From contig JBAZBY010000001.1 of assembly GCA_041671225.1 (NCBI GenBank), positions 763,454 through 827,453 of the forward strand: a DNA stretch of 64,000 nucleotides, given 5' to 3'. Within the stretch, counting starts at the first letter, position 1. Every line of letters begins with the position of its first letter. A model generated the notes under the pieces. That model searched no databases and was not told the origin of the DNA. It saw nothing but the letters and a program-made list of their open reading frames with translations. Positions 47,343 through 57,430 of this stretch are shown piece by piece. A program made the position numbers and the translations under genes. This stretch comes from Patescibacteria group bacterium. GTDB lineage: Bacteria > Patescibacteriota > Patescibacteriia > JBAZBY01.

Positions 47343-48467
47343 ATGAAGAAAGTGATTTTATTTGCCGCCCTCGCATTGTTTCTTGCACCGAGCGTGGCAC
47401 ATGGCGCAACATTGCGCGCCGGCACTGATTATTCACTGCCCGCAGATGAAACAATTCAAGGCAGTCTCTACCTTGGTGCAGGGAGTGTAGCAATAAACGG
47501 TATCGTTGCGGGAGATCTCATTGCAGCGGGTGGCACCATCACGCTCAACGGTGAAGTGCAAGGCGATGTTCTTATCACAGGGGGGACGCTCTCTGTGAAT
47601 GGTAAGCTTGGCGGAGATGTACGTGTTGCAGGAGGAAATATTGACATCAATACTGAAGTTCCGGGGGATCTTGCAGTTGCAGGCGGGGACGTTGGTTTAT
47701 TGAGCGGAGGATCGGTTCGCGGCGATGTGCTTGCAGCAGGCGGCAATGTGAAGCTTGCCGGACCAGTTGATGGGAAAGTGAACGGCGCAGCCGGAACGTT
47801 CACCCTTTCAGGAATCGTGAGCGGTGATGTTGATGTGCATGCAGGTGAGTTGATTCTTGAAAGCGGGGCAAAACTCGGGGGCAACCTCACCTATGAGGCT
47901 GAACATGAAGCAACAATTTCCTCAGCGGCGACCATTGAAGGAACCATAAAGTACACAGAAGGGCGCTGGAATAATTTTAACTTTGCAATAGGCGGCGTGG
48001 CATTCGTTGGCTGGTTCATCGGTTTGCTCTCCATGGCTTTCTTTGTTGTTGTTTTGATGTTGCTCTTCCCGCGCTTCAGTGAAGCGGTCATTGAGCGAGG
48101 TATGAAGCAGTTTTGGCGCCAGGCACTCTATGGGCTCATTTTTCTTATTGTTGCACCGTTCGTAGGAGTATTTCTCTTTACAACGGTTGTCGGATGGATG
48201 CTTGGGCTTGCATTATTCACCATTTATGGACTCTTTGTGATGGTTGGTGCTGGTTATGGAAATATTTTGCTCGGTACGTACTTCATGAAACTTGTGCGCA
48301 AGAAGGAAGTCATGAAGCCGACATGGGCTATTGCGCTCCTGGGCGTGCTGCTCGCGACCTTCATTGGTTTTGTTCCCGTCATCGGATGGGCATTTGTGTT
48401 CATCTTTTTTGTTGCGGGTCTGGGTGCATTCTTTATGCACGATTGGCAAAAGATGCGGGGAGCATAA
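47343..48467 (+). CDS. Bactofilin-like beta-helix repeat membrane protein
   Basis: Repeated G.V.GD...AGG units, C-terminal TM bundle. Confidence 0.75.
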   Translation: MKKVILFAALALFLAPSVAHGATLRAGTDYSLPADETIQGSLYLGAGSVAINGIVAGDLIAAGGTITLNGEVQGDVLITGGTLSVNGKLGGDVRVAGGNIDINTEVPGDLAVAGGDVGLLSGGSVRGDVLAAGGNVKLAGPVDGKVNGAAGTFTLSGIVSGDVDVHAGELILESGAKLGGNLTYEAEHEATISSAATIEGTIKYTEGRWNNFNFAIGGVAFVGWFIGLLSMAFFVVVLMLLFPRFSEAVIERGMKQFWRQALYGLIFLIVAPFVGVFLFTTVVGWMLGLALFTIYGLFVMVGAGYGNILLGTYFMKLVRKKEVMKPTWAIALLGVLLATFIGFVPVIGWAFVFIFFVAGLGAFFMHDWQKMRGA

Positions 48468-48551
48468 CCTCATGACAGCACACAAAGCGCCCCGGCATAC
48501 GGGGCGCTTTGGTATTGTGTGCATCTCGTTTATACTAAAGAGGTGAAGCCG

Positions 48552-49226
48552 ATGACAAAAACACTAAGCATTGCATTGGGCATATTTGTGCTTCTCCTTG
48601 TGCTTTCTGTCTTTCTTTACATTAATGATGTGACGCGTGAGTATCTCACTTCAGATACCCTTTTGCGAGAAAGCGTAGAGCGCTTTGGCATCTTTGCACC
48701 ACTTGTTGTCATTCTCTATCACATTGTACAGGTTATTATTGCGCCAATTCCAGGCCAACCTGCAGATATTGCAACAGGGTATCTCCTTGGGCCGTATATC
48801 GGTATTCCCACATCACTGATTGGGATCTATCTTGGCAGCCTTATTGCGATCATTCTTGCGCGCAGATTCGGCCGGCCGCTCGTCGATCATCTTGTACCCA
48901 GAAAAGCGGTTAGTAAGGTGGATCATTTTTTGGGAAAACGAAGCATGTGGTTCTATATTATTCTGTTCATCATCCCGATTTCTCCGGGCGATTTGCTTTG
49001 TTTTGCTTTGGGGCTCACCAAAATGCCAATATGGCGCACGCTCGTCGTTATTATTTTAGGTCGCACGCCAGTCGCCATAACCGCCGTACTTGTTGGTGCA
49101 AGCGGTAGATATTTCAGTCCATTAGAATTTCTTGGGATTGCGGGAATAGTCGTCATTGTCTTTCTTGCTCTCGTTCGTATATTGCCGCTTAAGCGCATTG
49201 AGCGATTTCATTTTTGGACGAACTAG
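48552..49226 (+). CDS. TVP38/TMEM64 (DedA/VTT) family membrane protein
   Basis: APIPGQ, ARRFGRPLV, P.SPGDLL..ALGLT. Confidence 0.85.
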   Translation: MTKTLSIALGIFVLLLVLSVFLYINDVTREYLTSDTLLRESVERFGIFAPLVVILYHIVQVIIAPIPGQPADIATGYLLGPYIGIPTSLIGIYLGSLIAIILARRFGRPLVDHLVPRKAVSKVDHFLGKRSMWFYIILFIIPISPGDLLCFALGLTKMPIWRTLVVIILGRTPVAITAVLVGASGRYFSPLEFLGIAGIVVIVFLALVRILPLKRIERFHFWTN

Positions 49227-49257
49227 TATTTTTCGGCAAACATCGTAGACTACACAT

Positions 49258-49941
49258 ATGGCAATAAAGACACAGACGCACACGTCAACTGGTTTACTCA
49301 CAACAATCCTTATCGTACTTCTTTTAGGTATTGGCGGCGCAGGAATATGGTGGATTTTCTTTTATCAGGACAATGCTGCATCAGGCACTGCTGTGGCTCA
49401 GAAGAGTACCCAAGATGAAAATGGGGCTATCTTATTGCAAGCAGCTGAGAATGTCACTGTCGTGGAGAATCAGAATACCGCTATCATGCCCCCTGCTGCG
49501 ACTGAGAAGGATGCAGATAATGATGGTTTACCTGATGTGCAGGAAGATCTTTATGGCACGAGCAGCACCAATAGCGATACTGACAATGATGGTTTTCTTG
49601 ATGGCTACGAGATTGAACAACTCTATTCGCCGGTGGGCGAGGGGAGACTCTCTGCCGTATATGCTTTGACCGCATGTCTCACGGGGCAGTCGACAGAGGG
49701 AGTTGAGTTTACGAGCGAACTTGAAGAAGCAATCTGCGGCGCAGCTTCAGAATTATATACAGCATATCTTCTTAAAGAAGCTCATGATATTGCCGCAGCG
49801 CGCACACAACTCGTATTGGATCGTGTTGCGCGTTGTGACGCACTTTACGCCGCAGGCAGTAGTGAGAACTTCCTGTGCTCGGCGGCTCTGCAATATCTTT
49901 TTGTTCCACTGGTGAAAGAAGATGTAGTGAACGAGTCATGA
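49258..49941 (+). CDS. Membrane-anchored protein with Ca-binding DxDxDG repeats
   Basis: DADNDGLPD, DTDNDGFLDG. Confidence 0.7.
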   Translation: MAIKTQTHTSTGLLTTILIVLLLGIGGAGIWWIFFYQDNAASGTAVAQKSTQDENGAILLQAAENVTVVENQNTAIMPPAATEKDADNDGLPDVQEDLYGTSSTNSDTDNDGFLDGYEIEQLYSPVGEGRLSAVYALTACLTGQSTEGVEFTSELEEAICGAASELYTAYLLKEAHDIAAARTQLVLDRVARCDALYAAGSSENFLCSAALQYLFVPLVKEDVVNES

Positions 49942-50705
49942 GCCAATTCATTCATACGCGCAATGGAAAAAAACTTGCAGTCGTTGTTGATATTCCTGAG
50001 AATCCTCGAGGATTGGCGTTTGTGCTGCATGGATGGCGCGGATTCAAAGAACAGCCGCATATTGAGGCGATAGCAGAATCGTTTGTTGCAGACGATATTG
50101 TCTCAGTGAGGCTGGATACGCAAAATGCAGGTGGCGAGAGCGGGGGATCAGTCGATGATCTCACGATCACAGGAATGCAGGAAGATTTTGAGGATACCTT
50201 GGCATGGGCAGTAACGCAGCTGTGGTTCCGTACTCCATTTTTTGTTGCAGGCCACAGCGCTGGTGCGCACATCGTTGTACGGTATGCCGCGCAGAATCCA
50301 CAGGCGGTTTGTGGCGTGGTAAGCGCTTCTGCAATAGTTGATAATGATATTTTTCTTTCACAACACACTCCTGAGGAAATCCTCGACTGGAAGGAAAAAG
50401 GTTACCGCATGGTGCAGAGCCGAACGCAAAATCCAACAGGCGCAAAGATGACCTGGAAGTTCATTAATTCATACAATGGCGTTGATTTGCGAAAAATTGC
50501 CAAAGACCTTACGATGCCGGTTTTGATCATTGTTGGTGAAAACGATTCCATAACCGGCCCTGCCGTGCAGCAACTATGGTTTGAAAAAATTGCCGGCCTC
50601 CGGACAATGCATGTCATTCCCAATGGCAGGCACACACTTATTGATGCTTCAGACCTAACAGAGATTAAGGAAACGGTCACAGGCTGGCTTCATGAGCTTT
50701 TGTAG
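49938..50705 (+). CDS. Alpha/beta hydrolase
   Basis: HG, GHSAG nucleophile, GEND, H. Confidence 0.88.
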   Translation: MSQFIHTRNGKKLAVVVDIPENPRGLAFVLHGWRGFKEQPHIEAIAESFVADDIVSVRLDTQNAGGESGGSVDDLTITGMQEDFEDTLAWAVTQLWFRTPFFVAGHSAGAHIVVRYAAQNPQAVCGVVSASAIVDNDIFLSQHTPEEILDWKEKGYRMVQSRTQNPTGAKMTWKFINSYNGVDLRKIAKDLTMPVLIIVGENDSITGPAVQQLWFEKIAGLRTMHVIPNGRHTLIDASDLTEIKETVTGWLHELL

Positions 50706-50745
50706 GTTGATGGATTTTTCACTCTTCATTTGATAGAATGAACGT

Positions 50746-51081
50746 ATGCGGGGGTATCGTTTTCTACAAAAAGGTACTGAAATAGTGTTCGTTATCGCCG
50801 AACTTTTTTTGCTATTGCGATTTGTCTTGAAGCTATTCAATGCAACAACAGATGCGACGTTCGTTGAGTGGCTCTACGCAACAACCGAACCACTTCTTGG
50901 TCCTTTTGTACGCATGTTCCCTGCGCCTTCATCAGAAGGCATGGTCATAGAATTCACTGCGCTCTTTGCGATCATCGTGTATGCGATCATCGGATTCTTG
51001 TTAAAGATAGCTCTCAAGGCTCTCAATGCGGCAACACGCGAACAAAATGCCCGTATCACCTCGCAAGAAGAAAAAAAATAA
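50746..51081 (+). CDS. YggT family protein
   Basis: LRFVLKL..FV.WLY..TEPLL.PF. Confidence 0.8.
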   Translation: MRGYRFLQKGTEIVFVIAELFLLLRFVLKLFNATTDATFVEWLYATTEPLLGPFVRMFPAPSSEGMVIEFTALFAIIVYAIIGFLLKIALKALNAATREQNARITSQEEKK

Positions 51082-51082
51082 T

Positions 51083-51580
51083 ATGCGCATACTTCTCATT
51101 TACGGCACAAATACCAGCGGCACCTATGAGGCAGGCACCGTGATACGCGATGTTTTTAAAAAGCATCGCCATACCGTTACGCTGAAAGCAGCAAAAAATA
51201 CCAAACCACAGGATGTAAAAAGGTATGATGCGGCCATCTTTGCGTCATGTACATGGGGAAAGCTTGATAAAACGGGAAAGTATCCTGTGTGGCTGGAAGG
51301 GCAGATGCATTGGGATTGGGATCAGCTTGCTGCAAAGTTTAAAAAAAGTTCTCTCAAAGGAACTCCCATTGCTGTTGTTGGGTTAGGGGATTCAAACTAT
51401 AAATATTTTTGCCGAGCGGCAACGTATCTGGAAGATATTGTGAAGCTAACCGAGGCGAAGAAAATTGGCACGAGCTTGCGCATTGACCGTTTTCACCATA
51501 CGCTTCGCGAAAATCGCCGGAAGGTAGAACAGTGGGCTGATGCAACGGCGCGTCGGTTCTCCAAACTTACGCACGCATAA
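51083..51580 (+). CDS. Flavodoxin-like protein
   Basis: YGTNTSGT, ASCTWG, GLGDSNY..FC. Confidence 0.85.
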   Translation: MRILLIYGTNTSGTYEAGTVIRDVFKKHRHTVTLKAAKNTKPQDVKRYDAAIFASCTWGKLDKTGKYPVWLEGQMHWDWDQLAAKFKKSSLKGTPIAVVGLGDSNYKYFCRAATYLEDIVKLTEAKKIGTSLRIDRFHHTLRENRRKVEQWADATARRFSKLTHA

Positions 51581-51590
51581 AACTGCGCAC

Positions 51591-53456
51591 GTGAAGAAAA
51601 AGCAGCAGAAGCAAGAATCAGTACCCGACATCGAGCAACTCGCACGGCTCGCGCGTTTGAATATCCTTCGCATGACAACGCGCGCTGGATCCGGGCATCC
51701 AACGTCATCACTTTCTTCTGTTGAGCTTTTGGCAACGCTCTTTTTTGGCGGCTTTTTTCGAGCAAAACCAAAACAACCGTCATATGAAAACAATGATCGA
51801 TTCATTCTTTCAAAGGGTCATGCCGCGCCGCTGCTTTATGCGTTATACGCCGTTGCAGGAATAATCCCTGAAAAGGAACTCTGGACGCTGCGCAAAAAGA
51901 AAGGGCGTCTGCAGGGTCATCCCATGCCTGATTTTCCTTATGCGGAGCTTCCAACAGGCTCGCTCGGGCAAGGCCTTTCAGCTGGTATCGGGTTGGCGCT
52001 GAACGCGCGCTTTGAAAATTTGACCTATCACACGTTTGTGTTGCTCGGAGATAGCGAAATGGCAGAAGGATCCGTTTGGGAAGCCATTCAGCTTGCCGGG
52101 CATGAAAAGCTCGATAACCTCATTGCGATCGTTGATGTGAATGCGCTTGGTCAAAGCGGCCCAACGATGTGGGGCGGGAATCTCCAAACATATGTCAATC
52201 AGGTGAAGGATTTCGGCTGGCAAACGCTTGTAGTTGATGGGCATAACCCAAAGGCAATAGCAAAAGCGTATGCCGCCGCAATGAAGGAGCATCGCAGACC
52301 TGTGATGATCATTGCAAAAACAGTCAAAGGAAAAGGCGTTTCCTTCATAGAAGGGAAGTGGGGTTGGCACGGAAAGGTGCTTTCCAAAAAAGAATTAGCA
52401 CGCGCAGAAAAGGAACTCGGGGTGGTGAACCACAAGGTGCGCGGACATTTTGTAATTCCAGACGCGTTACCCATTACGCACATCAAGGCGCAGAAGGTTC
52501 AGGAGCCGCACTATGCTCAGCATGCACTCGTTGCTCCGCGTAAGGCATTTGGCGCTGGTATTCTCCGGCTCGCAAAAGCATATCCGCATATGGTTGTATT
52601 GGATAGTGAAGTTCGCAATTCAACATTCACCGAGGATTTTGCCGACGAGCGCCGCGGACGTTTTTATCAAACATACATTGCGGAACAGAATATGGTGGGC
52701 ATTGCGACAGGTCTCGCTTCGCGCGGGCTCCTGCCGGTCCTTTCAACATTCGCGGCATTTTTCACCCGCGCGCATGACCAGATACGCATGGCGCAATATA
52801 CGGGAACGCATCAGGTCTATGTTGGGACGCATCCTGGAGTCGCTATCGGCCCTGATGGCGCATCGCAGATGGGACTTGAGGATATCGGGATGTTCCGCGC
52901 CCTCGAGAAGAGCATTGTGCTGTATCCTGCCGATGCTTATGCCACGGAGAGGCTTTTGCAGAGCGCCTTGGATGCAAAGGGGCTTGTGTATATCCGCGCG
53001 ACTCGCGGGGAGCTGCCAGTATTGTATAATGCAAAAACAGTATTTTCTATTGGAAAAAGCCGCACCTTGTTAACGAGTAAAAAGGATCGCATAACGCTTG
53101 TTGCTGCAGGTGTGACACTTCATGAAGCACTTGTGGCCGCGAGAACGCTTGCAACAAAGCACATCGCAGTACGCGTCATTGATCTGTATAGCATCAAGCC
53201 AATCGATGCAGTAACGCTGCGCAGAGCAGCAAAAGAAACCGGCGCATTGCTCGTTGTGGAAGATCATCGTCCTGAAGGCGGCATGGCCGAGGCAGTCCGC
53301 ACTGCATTGGGGACAGATGCGGGAGCGGTACATTCCCTTGCAGTAACAGGAATACCGCACAGCGGCTCTTCAGAAGAGTTACTGTGCGCACACGGGATCG
53401 ATCAAAAAGCAATAATAAAGAAAGTACGAGAAATAGTTACAATGAAGGAACATTGA
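51591..53456 (+). CDS. tkt: Transketolase
   Basis: SGHPTSSLS, LSKGHAAP, TGSLGQG, GDSE..EG, IAEQNMVG, GPDGASQ. Confidence 0.93.
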   Translation: MKKKQQKQESVPDIEQLARLARLNILRMTTRAGSGHPTSSLSSVELLATLFFGGFFRAKPKQPSYENNDRFILSKGHAAPLLYALYAVAGIIPEKELWTLRKKKGRLQGHPMPDFPYAELPTGSLGQGLSAGIGLALNARFENLTYHTFVLLGDSEMAEGSVWEAIQLAGHEKLDNLIAIVDVNALGQSGPTMWGGNLQTYVNQVKDFGWQTLVVDGHNPKAIAKAYAAAMKEHRRPVMIIAKTVKGKGVSFIEGKWGWHGKVLSKKELARAEKELGVVNHKVRGHFVIPDALPITHIKAQKVQEPHYAQHALVAPRKAFGAGILRLAKAYPHMVVLDSEVRNSTFTEDFADERRGRFYQTYIAEQNMVGIATGLASRGLLPVLSTFAAFFTRAHDQIRMAQYTGTHQVYVGTHPGVAIGPDGASQMGLEDIGMFRALEKSIVLYPADAYATERLLQSALDAKGLVYIRATRGELPVLYNAKTVFSIGKSRTLLTSKKDRITLVAAGVTLHEALVAARTLATKHIAVRVIDLYSIKPIDAVTLRRAAKETGALLVVEDHRPEGGMAEAVRTALGTDAGAVHSLAVTGIPHSGSSEELLCAHGIDQKAIIKKVREIVTMKEH

Positions 53457-53475
53457 TTGAAAGGAGGTGACGAGT

Positions 53476-53589
53476 ATGGAAACATGTCCAAAGTGCAGTA
53501 TGGAAGTAGAGGATATGGAGGCACATATGGCAGAAGCGCACGCCGATGAAGCAATGGATGATATGCCACCTGAAGAAGATTCAATGTAG
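53476..53589 (+). CDS. 37-aa acidic microprotein with C2H2-like motif
   Basis: Perfect SD AAGGAGGTGA; METCPKCSMEVEDMEAHMAEAH...; terminator downstream. Confidence 0.65.
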   Translation: METCPKCSMEVEDMEAHMAEAHADEAMDDMPPEEDSM

Positions 53590-53605
53590 TTTTAATACAA
53601 AAAAA

Positions 53606-53634
53606 GGAAAGAGCGCCATACGGCGCTTTTTCTT
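53606..53634. terminator. Bidirectional terminator
   Basis: gaaagagcgcc-atac-ggcgctttttc. Confidence 0.6.
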
Positions 53635-53635
53635 A

Positions 53636-54055
53636 TTATACGCGCTGAAAATCAATGTCGCCATTTTCCTGAAGCACGGCCAGATACGATTCAACATGAA
53701 GACCCGGAAATGCCTTTCTGAGCACCACTTCCGCTTCCTTCAGATCCTTTTCATGTACACGGCGCTCGCTCTGGACGTCTGGGAATGCCGCGCTTCCGCC
53801 ATATGCGCTGCAGTCCGTATGATTCATGAGTATGACCCGCGACGTCTTATGGAGCTTCTGTGAAAGCGCCACGTGCTCCATGAGCATAACATGCTTCGCG
53901 CTATTGGCATCGGCAAGGTCCTTTGCCGCGCCAGCGATGGAGAGGATATCCGCGTCGCCGCAAAGACCTTGCGGTTCCAGAAAGCCGTAGTGGATGCCTT
54001 TTTCCAAACGAAAATCCATACAGCGGATAAGTAATGTTGAACAATGATGTGTCAT
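53636..54055 (-). CDS. Beta-carbonic anhydrase-like protein
   Basis: CMDFR and H-x2-C (NHTDC) zinc ligands. Confidence 0.75.
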   Translation of the reverse strand: MTHHCSTLLIRCMDFRLEKGIHYGFLEPQGLCGDADILSIAGAAKDLADANSAKHVMLMEHVALSQKLHKTSRVILMNHTDCSAYGGSAAFPDVQSERRVHEKDLKEAEVVLRKAFPGLHVESYLAVLQENGDIDFQRV

Positions 54056-55581
54056 AGTCGTTTAGCGTTCTTTGTTCGCTCGGCAAGTTTCCTTGCGAGT
54101 TCTTGCGTTAATTGATCATCTTTTAAACGCCAATCCCAATTCCCCTTGATGCGCCCCGGACGGTTCATGCATGCCGACCCTGGCAGGTTTAAAATGTCCT
54201 GCATCGGCGCGATTGTCATGACGGACGAGGAGTTCCATACAGCATCAAGCGCAGCATTCGTGATATTCTTGTCATCGCTCCGCAAGATCCTCCGTGCGAA
54301 CGCCAGCCTTCTTTTGATACCACGCGCCGTGCGCGAGCCGCGCTTCGTGGGCTTTTCTGTGAACCATCCGCGGAAGGTATTGTTGTCATGCGTTCCGGTG
54401 TATCCGATGGTGTGTTTTGGATAATTCTGCGGCAAATGGAAATTCTGCGGATCAAGGCTCCCCAGGCCGAACTGCAGAACGCGCAAGCCCGGGAGTTTCA
54501 GTTCATCACGCAGCATGTGTACCGTATCGGTGATATCACCAAGATCCTCGACGATGAAGGGGAGTGTTCCGATATGCTTTTTGAGTGCAGTAAAAAGCGC
54601 TTTGCCCGGACCGGGCTGCCATTGGCCGTTCCTTGCCGTGTGCTCGCGCGCGGGGACCTCCCAGAACGAGAGATAGCCGCGGAAATGATCGAGCTTAATG
54701 AGGGAGAAGTATTCAAGCGTCGCATCCATCCGTTCAATCATGAGCTTCCACCCTTCACGCTTAACCTGGCGCCAGCGGTATGTCGGGTTTCCCCAGAACT
54801 GGCCATTCTCATTGAAATAATCCCCGGGAACTCCCGCGATCAGTTCGAACCTGCCGGTTTTCTCGCTGACGTTGAAGCAGCGCTGCTGCGCCCAGACGTC
54901 TTCGCTGTCGTGCGCGGGGTAAAAGGCAAAGTTGCCGATGAATTGCACTCCATAGTGCTCTGCATATGTGCGGAGGCGATGCCACTGCACACTGAACTGC
55001 CATTGCAGAAACTGATGATATCTGATCTCCTCTTTCAGATCCAGTGTTGCTTTTTTCAGTGCAATTGGCTCGGCAGCGCGAAGATCCGCAGGCCATTCCC
55101 ACCAGGGCCTTCCTTTGAATTGATACTTGAGCGCCATAAAGAGTGAGAATCGGCGCAGCCATGGTACGGAAGCGGCAAAGTCGTGGAAGTGCGCTTTTGC
55201 GGCGGGGTGATGATGCTGTTCAATAAAACGCGCGTATGCCTTCCGGAGAATGCGTCTTTTCCATCGCGTTGCGATATGAAAATCCACTCGCCCTTCCGGG
55301 AAGGAGGGGGCATGCGCAATATCCCTTTGCGTCAGCCAGCCGTCCCGGACAAGGTCTTCGGGTGAGAGCAGTAATGCGTTGCCGGCCTTGGTTGAGTATG
55401 CAGAGAATGGGGAATTCACATGGCCAGTGGGGCCGATGGGCAGCATCTCCCACCATGTTTGTTTTGCTGCAGCAAGCCAGTCAACAAAGTGCCGCGCCTC
55501 AGGCCCAAGATCGCCGATGCCAAATCGGCCAGGGAGGGACGTGGGATGGAGAAGGATTCCAGATGAACGTTTGAGTTGCAT
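54052..55581 (-). CDS. malQ: 4-alpha-glucanotransferase (amylomaltase, GH77)
   Basis: GILLHPTSLP, GQFWGNP, DHFRG, EDLG, YTGTHDN, NWDWR. Confidence 0.94.
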   Translation of the reverse strand: MQLKRSSGILLHPTSLPGRFGIGDLGPEARHFVDWLAAAKQTWWEMLPIGPTGHVNSPFSAYSTKAGNALLLSPEDLVRDGWLTQRDIAHAPSFPEGRVDFHIATRWKRRILRKAYARFIEQHHHPAAKAHFHDFAASVPWLRRFSLFMALKYQFKGRPWWEWPADLRAAEPIALKKATLDLKEEIRYHQFLQWQFSVQWHRLRTYAEHYGVQFIGNFAFYPAHDSEDVWAQQRCFNVSEKTGRFELIAGVPGDYFNENGQFWGNPTYRWRQVKREGWKLMIERMDATLEYFSLIKLDHFRGYLSFWEVPAREHTARNGQWQPGPGKALFTALKKHIGTLPFIVEDLGDITDTVHMLRDELKLPGLRVLQFGLGSLDPQNFHLPQNYPKHTIGYTGTHDNNTFRGWFTEKPTKRGSRTARGIKRRLAFARRILRSDDKNITNAALDAVWNSSSVMTIAPMQDILNLPGSACMNRPGRIKGNWDWRLKDDQLTQELARKLAERTKNAKRL

Positions 55582-55739
55582 GCCCTAATATTTTAGCATA
55601 GGATTGATTTATATGGCATTCACAAAGCTCGGCGTGCACACCATTCTCTACAAGAATTTCAAACAGATGCGGAAAGATGTAACGAGAATTTTACACTCGG
55701 GAAGTTGAATAACACCGCTATCCGTGCCATACTAGCCAT

Positions 55740-56645
55740 ATGATTTGGATATGGTTTGCATTGGCCGCCGCGTTCCTCTGGTCTGTTTCGAACATTGCGG
55801 ACCGCATTATTCATGAAAAATACATCACGAGCAGCGTGCTGACGGTGGTGATTCTTTCGATATTCGAAATGGGTATCACTATTCCGCTCATCCCAATGGT
55901 GCAATGGGATGCCTTTACCTCAGATATCATCATCCTTATTCTGGCGTCAGCAGCGATCGGTCTCGTTGCGACTGTCTTTTATTTTCAGGCTATTGTATCA
56001 AAAGAAGTATCGCGGGTGATTCCGACGTTTCAGTTTATTCCTGTTTTTGTACTTTTGTTTGCCGCGGTCTTTTTTGGTGAGCTGCTTACTGAAAAGCAGG
56101 GTATTGCTTTTGCGATTATTTTTCTCGGTGTAATGTTCCTTTCTATTGAGAGAGGGGAGCAGTTGAAAATTAAACTTTCACGAGCATTCTGGTTGGCGCT
56201 CATCGCCTCAGCATTTTTTGCGCTTTCAAATGTTATTCTTGCTCAAGCGCGAAATCTGCTGCCAAACACACTTTCTACTTTTGTCGGCGTGCAGATTGCA
56301 ACATTCATACTCATTCTTTTTTACCTCATGCTCGCGCCAGTGCATTTTAAAATGGTGATTCATGAATTTAAAACCATAGGAGCAAAAAAGACGAGTTGGT
56401 ACGCGCTCAGCGTTGTTGCCTCGATGCTTGGGTATGTGCTGTTCATTTCAGCGCTTCCGTTTGCTCCTGTTGCGCTTATTTCCGTTATTGGTGGGATCCA
56501 ACCATTTTTTGTCTTTCTTCTCGCTGTGCTATTCACGGCTTTCGCGCCACAGCTTATTCGTGAGGATATTAATTATCGTACGGTCATTTTGAAGATTGTT
56601 GCGCTTATTATCGTGTTTTCCGGCACCTACCTTCTCTTTACCTAG
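55740..56645 (+). CDS. EamA/DMT transporter
   Basis: 10 TM in two repeats. Confidence 0.82.
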   Translation: MIWIWFALAAAFLWSVSNIADRIIHEKYITSSVLTVVILSIFEMGITIPLIPMVQWDAFTSDIIILILASAAIGLVATVFYFQAIVSKEVSRVIPTFQFIPVFVLLFAAVFFGELLTEKQGIAFAIIFLGVMFLSIERGEQLKIKLSRAFWLALIASAFFALSNVILAQARNLLPNTLSTFVGVQIATFILILFYLMLAPVHFKMVIHEFKTIGAKKTSWYALSVVASMLGYVLFISALPFAPVALISVIGGIQPFFVFLLAVLFTAFAPQLIREDINYRTVILKIVALIIVFSGTYLLFT

Positions 56646-56662
56646 CGTGCTATAGTGAATAT

Positions 56663-57178
56663 ATGAAAGGATTGATTGCCATTTCCGTGTTCGGTGTGCT
56701 GGCAGCTGGCATACTCTACCAGCAAGGTCAAACTGTTGCTGACATGGGGTATGTTCTTTTAGTAAAACATTCGGTCCCTGCAAGAACAGCACAGACACTT
56801 GAGCTTGTACCCGTTGGGCAGGTTGCCGGTGCCGAAGACACAACAAAAGATGAGTCAGCTGACCCGCCGACACAAACCGTCATAGATCTTGAAGGCAAGC
56901 CGGTTACGGTTGTGATTGGTGCTAGCGGATTCTTTCCTTCTTCAGTAACCGTGGAGGCTGGTACTGCTATTGTATGGGAGAATACTGATACTCTTGCGCA
57001 CTATGTCACGCCTGATGACCACCCGTCACACACAAAGTACAAAGGAATTTGGGATGACGTCGGTGCTGGGGAACTTGCTCCTGGCCAATCCTATACCTTT
57101 ATTTTCAGCGTACCAGGTACCTATACCTACCATGACCACTTCATTCCGGAATCCACAGGAATGATCATCGTACAATAA
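56663..57178 (+). CDS. Cupredoxin-domain protein
   Basis: VW.N.D..AH, PGTYTYHDH...TGMIIV. Confidence 0.78.
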   Translation: MKGLIAISVFGVLAAGILYQQGQTVADMGYVLLVKHSVPARTAQTLELVPVGQVAGAEDTTKDESADPPTQTVIDLEGKPVTVVIGASGFFPSSVTVEAGTAIVWENTDTLAHYVTPDDHPSHTKYKGIWDDVGAGELAPGQSYTFIFSVPGTYTYHDHFIPESTGMIIVQ

Positions 57179-57190
57179 ACGTGAGCCGCC

Positions 57191-57424
57191 ATGGAATCTA
57201 CGACATACAATAAAGGTGAGCCTGTCCCGAATACGGGTCAATATATTTGCGCTCCTTGTGGTTTCAAAAAAGAATTCAAGAAAGGTGAAAGTTTTCCGGA
57301 GTGTACTTCATGTCTTTCTGGGTCAGCGGCCGGCAGAGAGGAATATATCGAGGGGCTGGAGCTTTGGGAAAAAATTCGTGATTTTCCAAAGGACGACGCA
57401 GAAAAAGAGAAGCAGGAATCATAG
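57191..57424 (+). CDS. Small zinc-ribbon protein
   Basis: TGQYICAPCG..FPECTSC. Confidence 0.7.
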   Translation: MESTTYNKGEPVPNTGQYICAPCGFKKEFKKGESFPECTSCLSGSAAGREEYIEGLELWEKIRDFPKDDAEKEKQES

Positions 57425-57430
57425 CATCAC

